Assembly (NCBI GenBank): GCA_016188355.1
Contig: JACPHY010000016.1
Location: forward strand, 66,345 to 130,344
Direction of reading: 5' to 3'
Source: Candidatus Uhrbacteria bacterium
GTDB taxonomy: Bacteria; Patescibacteriota; Patescibacteriia; JACPHY01
Length of the DNA stretch: 64,000 bases
The notes beneath the pieces are model-generated. The model saw only the letters and a list, made by a program, of their open reading frames with translations, was not told where the DNA came from and searched no databases. A program made the position numbers and the translations under genes. This document shows, in pieces, positions 27,690 through 36,090 of the stretch; within the stretch, counting starts at the first letter, position 1, and the number at the start of each line of letters is the position of its first letter.

Positions 27690-28157
27690 ATGGCTACCAT
27701 TGGGGCGTTCGGGGTCATTTTTGATGCGGATGGTCGTGTCCTGCTCTGTCATCGGACCGATCGGGATCTTTGGAATCTTCCTGGGGGTACTATGGAATCC
27801 GGCGAGGTGCCATGGATGACCGTGATCCGGGAAGTGGAGGAAGAGGTCGGAGTGCAGGTAGTGGTTGAGCAGTGGTCGAGCATTTCTTTTAAGCCGCAAA
27901 ATGATGATTTGGTGTTCACGTACATCTGTCGTGTGGTGGGTGGCGCATTACGTACATCGGCGGAAGCGGACGAGATCGCCTATTTTCCGGTGGACGCCAT
28001 TCCCGAGAACACCTCTCCTCGTCAGGTGGAGCGCATCCGGCATGCCGCGCGAGATCGGGCAACCTGTGTGGTGAATGTGCAGTCACCCACAACGGAAACA
28101 ACCATCGCGCGTGCGTTCGGTGCACAAACCGCGACCGCGGATTGGCCGCGTGTATGA
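27690..28157 (+). CDS. NUDIX hydrolase
   Basis: Nudix box GGTMESGEVPWMTVIREVEEEVGV. Confidence 0.8.
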   Translation: MATIGAFGVIFDADGRVLLCHRTDRDLWNLPGGTMESGEVPWMTVIREVEEEVGVQVVVEQWSSISFKPQNDDLVFTYICRVVGGALRTSAEADEIAYFPVDAIPENTSPRQVERIRHAARDRATCVVNVQSPTTETTIARAFGAQTATADWPRV

Positions 28158-28363
28158 TCGAAACGCTCGTCAGTGAATTGGTGGGCCAGTTACTGGTGGA
28201 CCCGGTCATTCGTTGGCCGGGTGCGTTGGTCATATGGATGATGAAGGGCGGGCGGACGTCATTTTGGAAGGAAGAGGTCGCCCGTCATCCGCGAAGAAAT
28301 TTGTTGGTGGGTATGGGGCTCGACGTCGGCATTCTGGCCGTAGTCGCCTGGTATTTTTTGTAG
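28142..28363 (+). CDS. Small membrane protein (73 aa), hypothetical
   Basis: Two hydrophobic segments. Overlaps the NUDIX 3' end by 16 nt. Co-directional in a tight block. Confidence 0.35.
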   Translation: MAACMIETLVSELVGQLLVDPVIRWPGALVIWMMKGGRTSFWKEEVARHPRRNLLVGMGLDVGILAVVAWYFL

Positions 28364-28367
28364 CGGT

Positions 28368-29513
28368 GTGCTCATCGCCATCGATGCGTCGCGAGCGGCG
28401 GAGCCCCAAAAGACCGGAGTTGGATGGTATTGCGTGCATCTCCTTCGTGCGCTCCAATCCGTGATCCCGAATGACGTTCGGGTTCGGTTGTATTCGGATC
28501 GACCGCTGCCACCGGAACTGCGGCAGCTGCCCGCGCACTGGGAGGAACGAACCCTTGCCTGGCAGGTGCCGCTCCCATCGCCAGGAGCGGGGTGGCGCAA
28601 GCGGTTGCCGTTGTGGTCGCAGATCCGTTTTGCGATACAGGTGCTTCGCGACCGTCCGGAGGTTGTTTTTATTCCGGCGCATGTTATTCCGGATTTGTTG
28701 GCCGTGTATCGTACGCAGTGCCATACCGCGCCGCGCATCGTCACCACGGTGCATGATGTGGCATTCCGATCACATCCCCATACGTATCCGGCGCGCGAGC
28801 GATGGTATGCGGATCGCGCAACTCGTCTGGCGCTGCGCGCGGCAGATACGGTGATCGTTCCGACGGAGGCAGTGCGGGAAGAGGTGATGCGGTACTACGG
28901 TGCATTCGCAGCGCGTATCGCGGTGATTCCGCACGGGGTGGTGACTCGGCCGTTGGGGGGGGAGCAGCGGTGCGCATCACGGGATCCATTTTTGTTATAC
29001 GTGGGTCGGCGAGAACGCAAGAAAAATGTTGCCCGCATGGTAGATGCGTTTTCTCGTATTGGCGCAGAGTTTCCGCAACTGCGTTTCGTATTAGTGGGTC
29101 CCCCGGGATACGGATACGAAGAGGGAGAGCAGGCGATGGCGCGATCGCCGGTTCGAGATCGCATCCTGGTGCACGGATGGATTCCACCGGAGCAGTATGA
29201 TGTGCTTCGGGCGACTGCAGACGTATTGTGTTTCCCGACGCTGGCGGAAGGATTTGGGCTCCCTATGCTGGAGGCGATGGCAGTCGGCACGCCCGTCCTC
29301 ACCAGTCGTGGGGGCGCGCATGAGGAGGTTGCCGGCGATGCCGCGGAACTCGTGAATCCGTGGGATGTGGAATCCATTGCCCACGGCCTTCGACATCTCC
29401 TGTCCAGTACTGCGCTTCGGGATGTATATCGTGCACGGGGACGATTGCGGGCATCCGGATATACCTGGAATCGCGCGGCGCGAGCAACTTGGGACGTGCT
29501 CCGGGCGTATTGA
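28368..29513 (+). CDS. GT4 (group 1) glycosyltransferase
   Basis: C-terminal …LLYVGRRERKKN…, …FPTLAEGFGLPMLEAMAVGTPVL… EX7E-type retaining GT-B signature. Confidence 0.8.
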   Translation: MLIAIDASRAAEPQKTGVGWYCVHLLRALQSVIPNDVRVRLYSDRPLPPELRQLPAHWEERTLAWQVPLPSPGAGWRKRLPLWSQIRFAIQVLRDRPEVVFIPAHVIPDLLAVYRTQCHTAPRIVTTVHDVAFRSHPHTYPARERWYADRATRLALRAADTVIVPTEAVREEVMRYYGAFAARIAVIPHGVVTRPLGGEQRCASRDPFLLYVGRRERKKNVARMVDAFSRIGAEFPQLRFVLVGPPGYGYEEGEQAMARSPVRDRILVHGWIPPEQYDVLRATADVLCFPTLAEGFGLPMLEAMAVGTPVLTSRGGAHEEVAGDAAELVNPWDVESIAHGLRHLLSSTALRDVYRARGRLRASGYTWNRAARATWDVLRAY

Positions 29514-29552
29514 TAACTGGTGGCGAGACGCGGACATGCATCTGTCGTGTTT

Positions 29553-29588
29553 TGTTGGCTTGACAACAGATTTGGTGGCGCGTATGAT
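29553..29588 (+). promoter_or_regulatory. Sigma70-type promoter (TTGACA-17-TATGAT) overlapped by palindrome TGTTG-GCTTGA-CAACA
   Basis: -35 TTGACA at 29560..29565. 17-nt spacer. -10 TATGAT at 29583..29588, about 30 nt before the TrmB-like ATG. The inverted repeat 29553..29568 overlaps the -35. Confidence 0.55.
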
Positions 29589-29618
29589 TATTCTGCAACC
29601 TTTCACTTCGCGCGGTGT

Positions 29619-30413
29619 ATGCACCCCATTCTCGAACGTGAACTGCAGAAGTTGGGACTCACGGAAAAAGAAACGCGAGTGTATCTTGCGGCGCTCGAAC
29701 TCGGTCCGCAGCCGGTGCAGGATATTGCTCGGAAAGCAGGAGTGAATCGTGCCACGACTTACGTGATGATCGAGAGCCTCACCCAAAAGGGGCTCATGAC
29801 CTCGTTTGAGCGCGGCAAGAAACGGCTGTTCAATCCGGAGCATCCCGATCGTCTCCTCTCCATGATTCGGGTAAGAGAGCGAGAGTTGCAGGAGCAAGAG
29901 CGAGAATTCTCGCAATTTTTGCCGCAGCTGCGTGCAATTTCCTCGTCCTCGGGGGAGCGTCCGCGTGTGCGATTTTTTGAAGGTCCAGAAGGACTTCGTG
30001 CGATCCGTGAGGAAATTTTAGCAACCGAGGCATCAGAAATGTGGGCGGCGATTGAGTTTAAGGAGTTGCCGCACGTCCTCTCGCCTGCGGAAAATGATGA
30101 GTTTGAGCGGCGACTCGCGGAGCGTGGCGTGCGGCAGTATGTGTTGTGTACAGGAACAATTGCTCCGGATGCGGTACAGAAACACATGGAACGATATCCG
30201 AACTTTTCCCTTCGGAGCGTCCCTGTGGATCGTTTTCCATTTACGGGAGAGGTGACCGTGTTCGGAAATAAGATTTTTGCTTTCTCGCATCGTGGAAAGT
30301 TGATTGGCGCAGTCATAGAGAGCGAAGAAATTGCGAAGATGCTTCGTTCGGTGTTCCAGCTCGCCTGGGAGGGTTCCCAGCATGTGGGCGCCACTGAACC
30401 TGCGAAGAAGTAA
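29619..30413 (+). CDS. TrmB-family transcriptional regulator
   Basis: N-terminal HTH ILERELQKLGLTEKETRVYLAALELGPQPVQDIARKAGVNRATTYVMIESLTQKGL plus the TrmB C-terminal domain. Confidence 0.7.
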   Translation: MHPILERELQKLGLTEKETRVYLAALELGPQPVQDIARKAGVNRATTYVMIESLTQKGLMTSFERGKKRLFNPEHPDRLLSMIRVRERELQEQEREFSQFLPQLRAISSSSGERPRVRFFEGPEGLRAIREEILATEASEMWAAIEFKELPHVLSPAENDEFERRLAERGVRQYVLCTGTIAPDAVQKHMERYPNFSLRSVPVDRFPFTGEVTVFGNKIFAFSHRGKLIGAVIESEEIAKMLRSVFQLAWEGSQHVGATEPAKK

Positions 30414-30439
30414 TGCAGAACATTACGGACAACGATCAT

Positions 30440-30475
30440 CCCCCACAGTGTTTGTACTGTGGGGGTCGTTGTTTG
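30440..30475 (+). terminator. Rho-independent terminator CCCCCACAGT-gtttgt-ACTGTGGGGG + TCGTTGTTTG
   Basis: Perfect 10-bp stem with a U-rich tail 27 nt after the TrmB stop. Confidence 0.7.
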
Positions 30476-31029
30476 ACGAAGAGGCTGTGGCGCAAGGAGC
30501 GTGCGGTGCTGGGTGCGCGGGTGCGCGTGTGGTATCGCCGTCACGAGGGGACGGCTAGTTGAGTGCGGTGCGTGCGACTCGGGAGCGAATCGGACGCGGG
30601 ACCGTGTCGGATGTCTTCGGCGACGCCGAAGGGCATCCGATGTCCACGTCCGGTCGGGACGAGCATCCGCCGAGTCCGGCGGCCGATGCGCATCGCCAGG
30701 CCGGCGTCTGCTTTGGTTGCGGCGCGTCCGTGGGGGAGGGCGGAGTGATCCTCCCATCCCACCGCACATGCCCGAATCGGCTCGGTGCCTCTCGTCGCTC
30801 ATTGACGAACATGGGAAACCTCCTCTCTGCACGAGGAGACGCGGTCGTGCTTTCGATGCCACACGCTACCTCGTTCACTCGCGCGAAGCCTGACTCTCGA
30901 CCAGGTAAGGTGCGAATGGAGTCATGGATTGCACTCGTACCGTAGCGCATGCGTGGTTATCCTGTCAAGTGTTGCCGACGTTTGTGTATACGTTATTTGC
31001 TCATTATGGCCAATATTGTCATGCTGTTG

Positions 31030-31058
31030 TTGACATTATCGGCGCTATCTGCTACGTT
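31030..31058 (+). promoter_or_regulatory. Sigma70-type promoter TTGACA-17-TACGTT upstream of the tmRNA-like element
   Basis: -35 at 31030..31035. -10 at 31053..31058, 11 nt before the GGGG 5' end at 31070. AT-rich UP-like region 30990..31029. Confidence 0.5.
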
Positions 31059-31069
31059 GCGCACCAATT

Positions 31070-31179
31070 GGGGACGATCGGCTTCGACGGTGGATGGAGG
31101 TGCTCGAATGGAGCGCTCCGGCATCGCTCGCCGCGGTGCGTATCTGCCGGACGCGGGTTCGACTCCCGCCGTCTCCATC
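31070..31179 (+). ncRNA. ssrA: tmRNA (ssrA)-like tRNA-like domain; unusually compact (about 110 nt), no tag ORF detectable
   Basis: 5' GGGGACGATCGGCTTCGACGG matches the tmRNA 5' acceptor + D-loop-analogue consensus. 3' GGACGCGGGTTCGACTCCCGCCGTCTCCA matches T-arm + acceptor. The 7-bp acceptor pairing has a G3-U70 wobble and A73 discriminator (alanine identity). There is no stop codon in any frame across the 65-nt middle segment. Confidence 0.5.
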
Positions 31180-31416
31180 GGATCGTGGGGGAACCTTCCG
31201 GTTTCCCTCCCGTGCCCCCTTCCCTCCAACCAGGTCACTTGCTCCCTCCGTATGTGGGGTCGGGCAAAGCCCTTCTTCCCCCACATACTCCGGTCGCTGC
31301 GCTCGGGATCGGATGGGGTCCATGATGGGCATCTTGAGGAATCCTCTTGTTTGGATTCCTCTTTTTTATTCCATGCACACGGGTTGTTTTGGTATTTGGT
31401 ACGATACAGGAAACGT

Positions 31417-32352
31417 ATGGTCGAACCCATTGGCCACGATGCGATACTTCGGGCGTTTGATCGCATGATTACGGGCAACCGCTTGGGGCATGCCTATCTT
31501 TTTGTTGGCCCTACGGGTGTGGGAAAAACGACCGTCATGGATTGGATTGCGCATCGTCTCTGGTGTGTGGACTTGATCATGCAGCCAGATGGCTATCGAG
31601 TGCCGTGTGGCGTGTGCGCGACGTGTCGGGCAATCAGTCAGGGGACGCACCCGGATATTCGTCGTGTGGTGGGTGATGCGGATGGGGTGGATGCGATTCG
31701 AGAATGGCGCACCGCATTGCAACGGACTTCGTTGTTTTCCGGGTGGAAGATTGGTATGGTGGAGAGTGTTGATGCGTTGTCGGAGTCCGCGGGGAACGCG
31801 ATGCTCAAGATGCTCGAGGAGCCGCAGGAGCGGACCCTCCTGCTCCTCACCGCTCGGCATGCGCGCGCGCCGCTCGCGACGATCGCGTCACGATGTGCAC
31901 TGGTGCAATGCCACCGGATGCCCGCGGCGGTATTGGAGCGCGTCATGCGGGAGCGCGTGGATGATCCAGAGGTTGCCGCAAACTACGCACAAGAGGCGGA
32001 GGGGTGCCTGGGACGCGCCGTGCGGAGGTGTCTCCCCGAGGAGCGTGCGCGCGAGGCGCAGGAAGATGTTGCGATGCTGTTTCAGGGGAGCATGGTCGAT
32101 CGTTTGCATGCGATCGAGCGCGTGCTGCATGCAGCACCGGAACATCGGGAGGCGGTACGCGCGGAATACGTTCAGATCATTGATCGCTGCCGGCAGTACG
32201 CGCGGATACTGGTGCGGAGAGAGGCGGGCCATCCGCATCGTGTCGCGGCGTTGCTCCCCTGGTTGCGGGTGTTGGCGCAGGGAGAGCGGTATGTGGCGGC
32301 GCATTGTCCTCCGCGTACATTTTTAGAAACATTGAGCGCTTGCTATCCGTAG
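31417..32352 (+). CDS. holB: DNA polymerase III delta' subunit HolB
   Basis: …GNRLGHAYLFVGPTGVGKTTV… Zn-module C-x-C…C-x2-C. …LKMLEEPQERTLLLLTA…IASRC is the clamp-loader signature. Confidence 0.8.
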   Translation: MVEPIGHDAILRAFDRMITGNRLGHAYLFVGPTGVGKTTVMDWIAHRLWCVDLIMQPDGYRVPCGVCATCRAISQGTHPDIRRVVGDADGVDAIREWRTALQRTSLFSGWKIGMVESVDALSESAGNAMLKMLEEPQERTLLLLTARHARAPLATIASRCALVQCHRMPAAVLERVMRERVDDPEVAANYAQEAEGCLGRAVRRCLPEERAREAQEDVAMLFQGSMVDRLHAIERVLHAAPEHREAVRAEYVQIIDRCRQYARILVRREAGHPHRVAALLPWLRVLAQGERYVAAHCPPRTFLETLSACYP

Positions 32353-32357
32353 TTTGC

Positions 32358-33428
32358 ATGCCATCTATGCGATCCGTTTTCCGTGTGGTTGGTTGCATGA
32401 GCTTGTTGGTGTTCCTGGGTGCGGGGTGCATTACGATTAGCGGAACTGGGAAGAAGGCGGATGGAGGACTCTTTGCCTCCGCGAATCGTGGCGAACAATG
32501 GGCGCAGCGGGGGAGTATACCAACCACGACAGGCACGCCACGCTCCATGGCGAATACGGATGTACGCATGATGGTACAGGACCCGCAAGATCCAAAGGCG
32601 CTCTACGTGTCTACGGATGCGAGCGGTGCATTTTATTCCTGGGACGGTGGAGCGGCGTGGTGGTCGTTTGGCGGTCCGCTCGGACAGGGCACGGTGGAAT
32701 TGGTTGCCGTGCATCCGCGGGAAAAGTGCACGATCTATGGAGTTGCGGGACCGAAGATTTTCCGGACCTCGGACTGCTTGCGGAGTTGGCAATCGAGCGA
32801 CTTTGACTTCGCGGTCACCGCATTCGCCATTGATCCGAGCGCTCCCGCCACCATGTATGCCGGAAATGCGCGCGGCGATATCTTGAAGAGCGTTGATGGC
32901 GGACGCGGCTGGCGGGCGGTGTTCCGGGTGAACAACCCCATCACCAAGATTCTTGTGCCGTCTTCAGGTGATGCGGCTGCACCGTCGGTCATCTACGTGG
33001 CGACACGATCGAATGGACTACTGCGGAGTTCGGATGGCGGAGCATCGTGGCAGGAGTTGCGCACTGCATTTGATCAATTCTCTGGCGCATTGGAATTCCG
33101 AGACCTCGTTGCCGCGCCGGCGACACCGGGTACGCTTTTCCATGTGTCGAAGCATGGCATTCTCCGTTCGATGGACAGGGGAACGACATGGGATGCATTA
33201 ACGCTCATTACGGCACCCGGAACGGTAGACATTCTCGCGTTCGCGGTGAATCCAAAGAAGAGTGACGAGTTGATGTACGCCACTGCGTCGACATTCTATA
33301 AGACCAATGATGGTGGTCGGGTGTGGGTATCGAAGAAGCTGCCGACTGCTCAGGCTGCGAGTGCGTTGCTTGTGGATCAAGTCGATGGTAACCTCCTCTG
33401 GCTGGGTGCGCGACGGGTGAAGAAATAG
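32358..33428 (+). CDS. Lipoprotein with BNR/Asp-box (Ycf48-like beta-propeller) repeats
   Basis: Signal peptide + lipobox LVFLGAGC. Repeated S-x-D-G-G-x-(S/T)-W motifs (WDGGAAWW, SVDGGRGW, SSDGGASW, SMDRGTTW, TNDGGRVW). Confidence 0.6.
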   Translation: MPSMRSVFRVVGCMSLLVFLGAGCITISGTGKKADGGLFASANRGEQWAQRGSIPTTTGTPRSMANTDVRMMVQDPQDPKALYVSTDASGAFYSWDGGAAWWSFGGPLGQGTVELVAVHPREKCTIYGVAGPKIFRTSDCLRSWQSSDFDFAVTAFAIDPSAPATMYAGNARGDILKSVDGGRGWRAVFRVNNPITKILVPSSGDAAAPSVIYVATRSNGLLRSSDGGASWQELRTAFDQFSGALEFRDLVAAPATPGTLFHVSKHGILRSMDRGTTWDALTLITAPGTVDILAFAVNPKKSDELMYATASTFYKTNDGGRVWVSKKLPTAQAASALLVDQVDGNLLWLGARRVKK

Positions 33429-33462
33429 TTCGGATTTTTTGATGGAGCACCGTTGTACTGGT

Positions 33463-34011
33463 ATGACGCTAGATTCCTATCGTCCAGAATTTGAAAAAGT
33501 AGTGACGCATTTGGCGCACGAACTCGGCAGCGTGCGTACGGGACGAGCGACGCCGGCGCTGGTAGATGGAGTGGTCGCGGAAGCCTATGGGTCGCAGATG
33601 AGTTTGCAGCAGCTCGCGACGATCACCACCGTGGATGCACGGACGCTGCTCATCGATCCGTGGGACAAGACCGTGCTGAAGGAAATTGAGAAAGCGATTC
33701 GTCTTGCGCAGCCGTCCTTGAATCCGGTGAGTGACGGGAAGATGCTCCGCATTCCCATGCCGCAACTCACGGAGGAGGCGCGGAGAGATTTGACGAAACT
33801 CATTGGCCAAAAAGTGGAACAGGCGAAGCAGGGGATTCGGAAGATTCGTGACGATGCGCGTACCGCTATTCTTGCGGCGGAGCGAGCAAAGGAATTGGCG
33901 GAAGATGACCGGTATCGACTCCAGAAGAAACTCGATGAACTGACGGAGGAGTACGCCGCGAAGTTGAAGGAGTTCGGGGAGAAGAAGGTGGCAGAAATCA
34001 TGACCGTATAG
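33463..34011 (+). CDS. frr: Ribosome recycling factor
   Basis: …LIDPWDKTVLKEIEKAIRLAQPSLNPVSDGKMLRIPMPQLTEEARRDLTKL… is canonical RRF. Confidence 0.9.
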   Translation: MTLDSYRPEFEKVVTHLAHELGSVRTGRATPALVDGVVAEAYGSQMSLQQLATITTVDARTLLIDPWDKTVLKEIEKAIRLAQPSLNPVSDGKMLRIPMPQLTEEARRDLTKLIGQKVEQAKQGIRKIRDDARTAILAAERAKELAEDDRYRLQKKLDELTEEYAAKLKEFGEKKVAEIMTV

Positions 34012-34026
34012 CGGGGGCAGGGGCGA

Positions 34027-34070
34027 AGATCCTCCTGATCGTTTTCGCGATCGGGAGGATGCGTTGTTTC
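34027..34070 (+). terminator. Long hairpin GATCCTCCTGATCG-ttttcg-CGATCGGGAGGATG + CGTTGTTTCC
   Basis: Near-perfect 14-bp stem with a U-rich tail 16 nt after the frr stop. Confidence 0.6.
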
Positions 34071-34150
34071 CTGATGCGGGTTTGTGGTGGGGCGTTCGGT
34101 TGCGCAAATGACCAACGCTCGGTACGCTGATGGTCGGTATTCGTTGTACT

Positions 34151-35491
34151 ATGGATGACCGAATGGAGAAATTGATTTCGCTCTGCAAACGGCGTGGTTT
34201 CGTGTTCCCCAGCTCCGAACCCTATGGTGGTGTCGGTGGATTTTATGATTTCGGTCCGCTCGGTGTGGAGCTGCGCAATAACATCAAGCGCGCGTGGTGG
34301 AGGCGAGTGGTGCAGGAGCGTGAGGACATGATGGGATTGGAGTCCTCGCTCATCATGCATCCAAAGGTGTGGGAAGCATCCGGGCACATCGCACATTTTT
34401 CTGATCCGCTCATTGATTGCCGACGGTGCAAGTTTCGATTCCGTGCGGATGAAGTGCCGATGGTGCCTGGTACGCCACCGGCGTGTCCGCAGTGCAAGAG
34501 CGAGGATCTGACGGATGCGCGCCCCTTCCAGATGATGTTCAAGACTTTTGTGGGTCCGGCAGAGGATACGGCTTCCACTGCATTCCTGCGACCCGAAACG
34601 GCACAGGGGATGTTCGTCGATTTCCCCGTGCTCCAGAGTATTGCGCGCAAGAAGTTGCCGTTCGGTGTCGCGCAGATCGGGAAAGCGTTCCGCAATGAGA
34701 TCACCCCAGGGCAACTCCTCTTCCGTCTCCGTGAATTTGAACAGATGGAGATTGAGTATTTCGTGCGACCGGATGATGCACCGCGCGCATTTGAGGAGTG
34801 GCTCGCGTTTATGCGGGACTGGCTTCGGGTCTGCGGTATTGCGGAGGAGCGCGTTGTTTTTCACGAAATTCCGGATGGCGAACGCGCGTTCTATAGTTCG
34901 CGGACGGTGGACATCGAATATCAGTATCCCTTTGGACAAAAGGAGTTGTACGGACTGGCGAATCGCGGCTCGTACGATCTCGAACGGCACGCGGCGATAT
35001 CGAAACAGGATTTCACGTATTATGATCAGGAAGCGAACGCGCGATTCTTGCCGCACGTGATCGAGCCTACGTTTGGTCTTGACCGAACCGTACTGGTGGT
35101 ATTGCTGGAGGCGTATCACGAGATCGAAGGGGGACGAACGACCACGACGGAGTCCAATAAGGAGGTGGAGGTGGTCCTGAAGCTGCCAAAAGAATTCGCA
35201 CCATACAAGGTTGCCGTATTGCCGCTCTCCAAAAAGGAGCCGCTCATGCAGGAGGCGCGCCGTATTACGCAGGAATTACGGAAGCGATGGATGGTGGCAT
35301 ACGACGATGTGGCCTCCATTGGTCGGCGCTACCGACGGCAGGATGAGATTGGCACGCCGTATTGTGTGACCGTTGATTTTGCCTCCGTAGAGGATCACTG
35401 CGTGACCGTACGTGATCGAGATTCCATGCAGCAGGAACGTATCCCAATCGCAGAACTCTCCGCGTACTGCGGTAGTCGACTGCCCGTGTGA
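34151..35491 (+). CDS. glyQS: Glycyl-tRNA synthetase, alpha2 (class II, eukaryote/archaeal-like) type
   Basis: …LCKRRGFVFPSSEPYGGVGGFYDFGPLGVELRNNIK…, …FRNEITP…LFRLREFEQMEIEYF… and the anticodon-binding C-terminal domain. Confidence 0.9.
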   Translation: MDDRMEKLISLCKRRGFVFPSSEPYGGVGGFYDFGPLGVELRNNIKRAWWRRVVQEREDMMGLESSLIMHPKVWEASGHIAHFSDPLIDCRRCKFRFRADEVPMVPGTPPACPQCKSEDLTDARPFQMMFKTFVGPAEDTASTAFLRPETAQGMFVDFPVLQSIARKKLPFGVAQIGKAFRNEITPGQLLFRLREFEQMEIEYFVRPDDAPRAFEEWLAFMRDWLRVCGIAEERVVFHEIPDGERAFYSSRTVDIEYQYPFGQKELYGLANRGSYDLERHAAISKQDFTYYDQEANARFLPHVIEPTFGLDRTVLVVLLEAYHEIEGGRTTTTESNKEVEVVLKLPKEFAPYKVAVLPLSKKEPLMQEARRITQELRKRWMVAYDDVASIGRRYRRQDEIGTPYCVTVDFASVEDHCVTVRDRDSMQQERIPIAELSAYCGSRLPV

Positions 35492-35494
35492 TCA

Positions 35495-35528
35495 CCAATG
35501 CCCCTCCGCTACCACGGAGGGGCATTGG
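35495..35528. terminator. Perfect 14-bp hairpin CCAATGCCCCTCCG-ctacca-CGGAGGGGCATTGG
   Basis: Starts 4 nt after the glyQS stop. No clear U-tract (followed by TTGCGG). Confidence 0.5.
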
Positions 35529-35561
35529 TTGCGGTACAATGGACTTGTTCTGCAGCATTCT

Positions 35562-36065
35562 ATGCGCGCATCGCTTCGTTCAATTTGGTTTCGGAATGCT
35601 ATTTTTGGAGTAGAGGACAGTCTCATTTCCACACTTGGGCTCCTTGCGGGTCTTGCGGTAGCGGACGCGGAACGGGCAACCATTATCCTCACGGGAGTGG
35701 TGCTCATTGCGGTGGAGGCGTTCTCTATGGGCGTAGGCAGTCTGCTCTCGGAGCATTCCGTGGAGGAGCTCGAATCACGTCGTACGCTTCCGATGCGAAA
35801 GGCGGCAAGTGGGGGAGCGGTGATGTTCGTGTCCTACGTGGCTGCGGGATTTATTCCGCTTGGGCCATATGCGATATTTCCGGTGTCGCACGCGCTTTGG
35901 TATTCAGTGATCGGTACGCTGGGCGCGCTCTTCGTGCTCGGCGTTTTGGTTGCTTGGGAATCGCGTACCCGCATGATTCGGCACGGGTGCGAGATGCTGC
36001 TCTTTGGTGGTGCGGCGATCGCGGTAGGCATGATTGTGGGAAGGCTCGCACAGATCGCGATGTGA
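35562..36065 (+). CDS. VIT1/CCC1-family (DUF125) putative iron/manganese transporter
   Basis: …FGVEDSLISTLGLLAGLAVA…ILTGVVLIAVEAFSMGVGSLLSE… plus the C-terminal TM helices typical of VIT family. Confidence 0.65.
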   Translation: MRASLRSIWFRNAIFGVEDSLISTLGLLAGLAVADAERATIILTGVVLIAVEAFSMGVGSLLSEHSVEELESRRTLPMRKAASGGAVMFVSYVAAGFIPLGPYAIFPVSHALWYSVIGTLGALFVLGVLVAWESRTRMIRHGCEMLLFGGAAIAVGMIVGRLAQIAM

Positions 36066-36090
36066 TCGGTCATGGTGGTGCCGTGGTATA

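Noticed and set aside
30501-30945. ORFs 30501..30893 (+), 30559..30945 (+) and 30555..30950 (-) in the long intergenic gap
   Set aside because: Mutually overlapping, Arg/Gly-rich, no SD or start context and no recognisable domains. Treated as non-coding.
31070-31179. Ordinary tRNA (for example long-variable-arm type)
   Set aside because: No D-stem can form. The D-region GGCTTCGACGG is the tmRNA D-loop analogue rather than a tRNA D-arm. The 110-nt length and lack of an anticodon stem-loop do not fit a tRNA.
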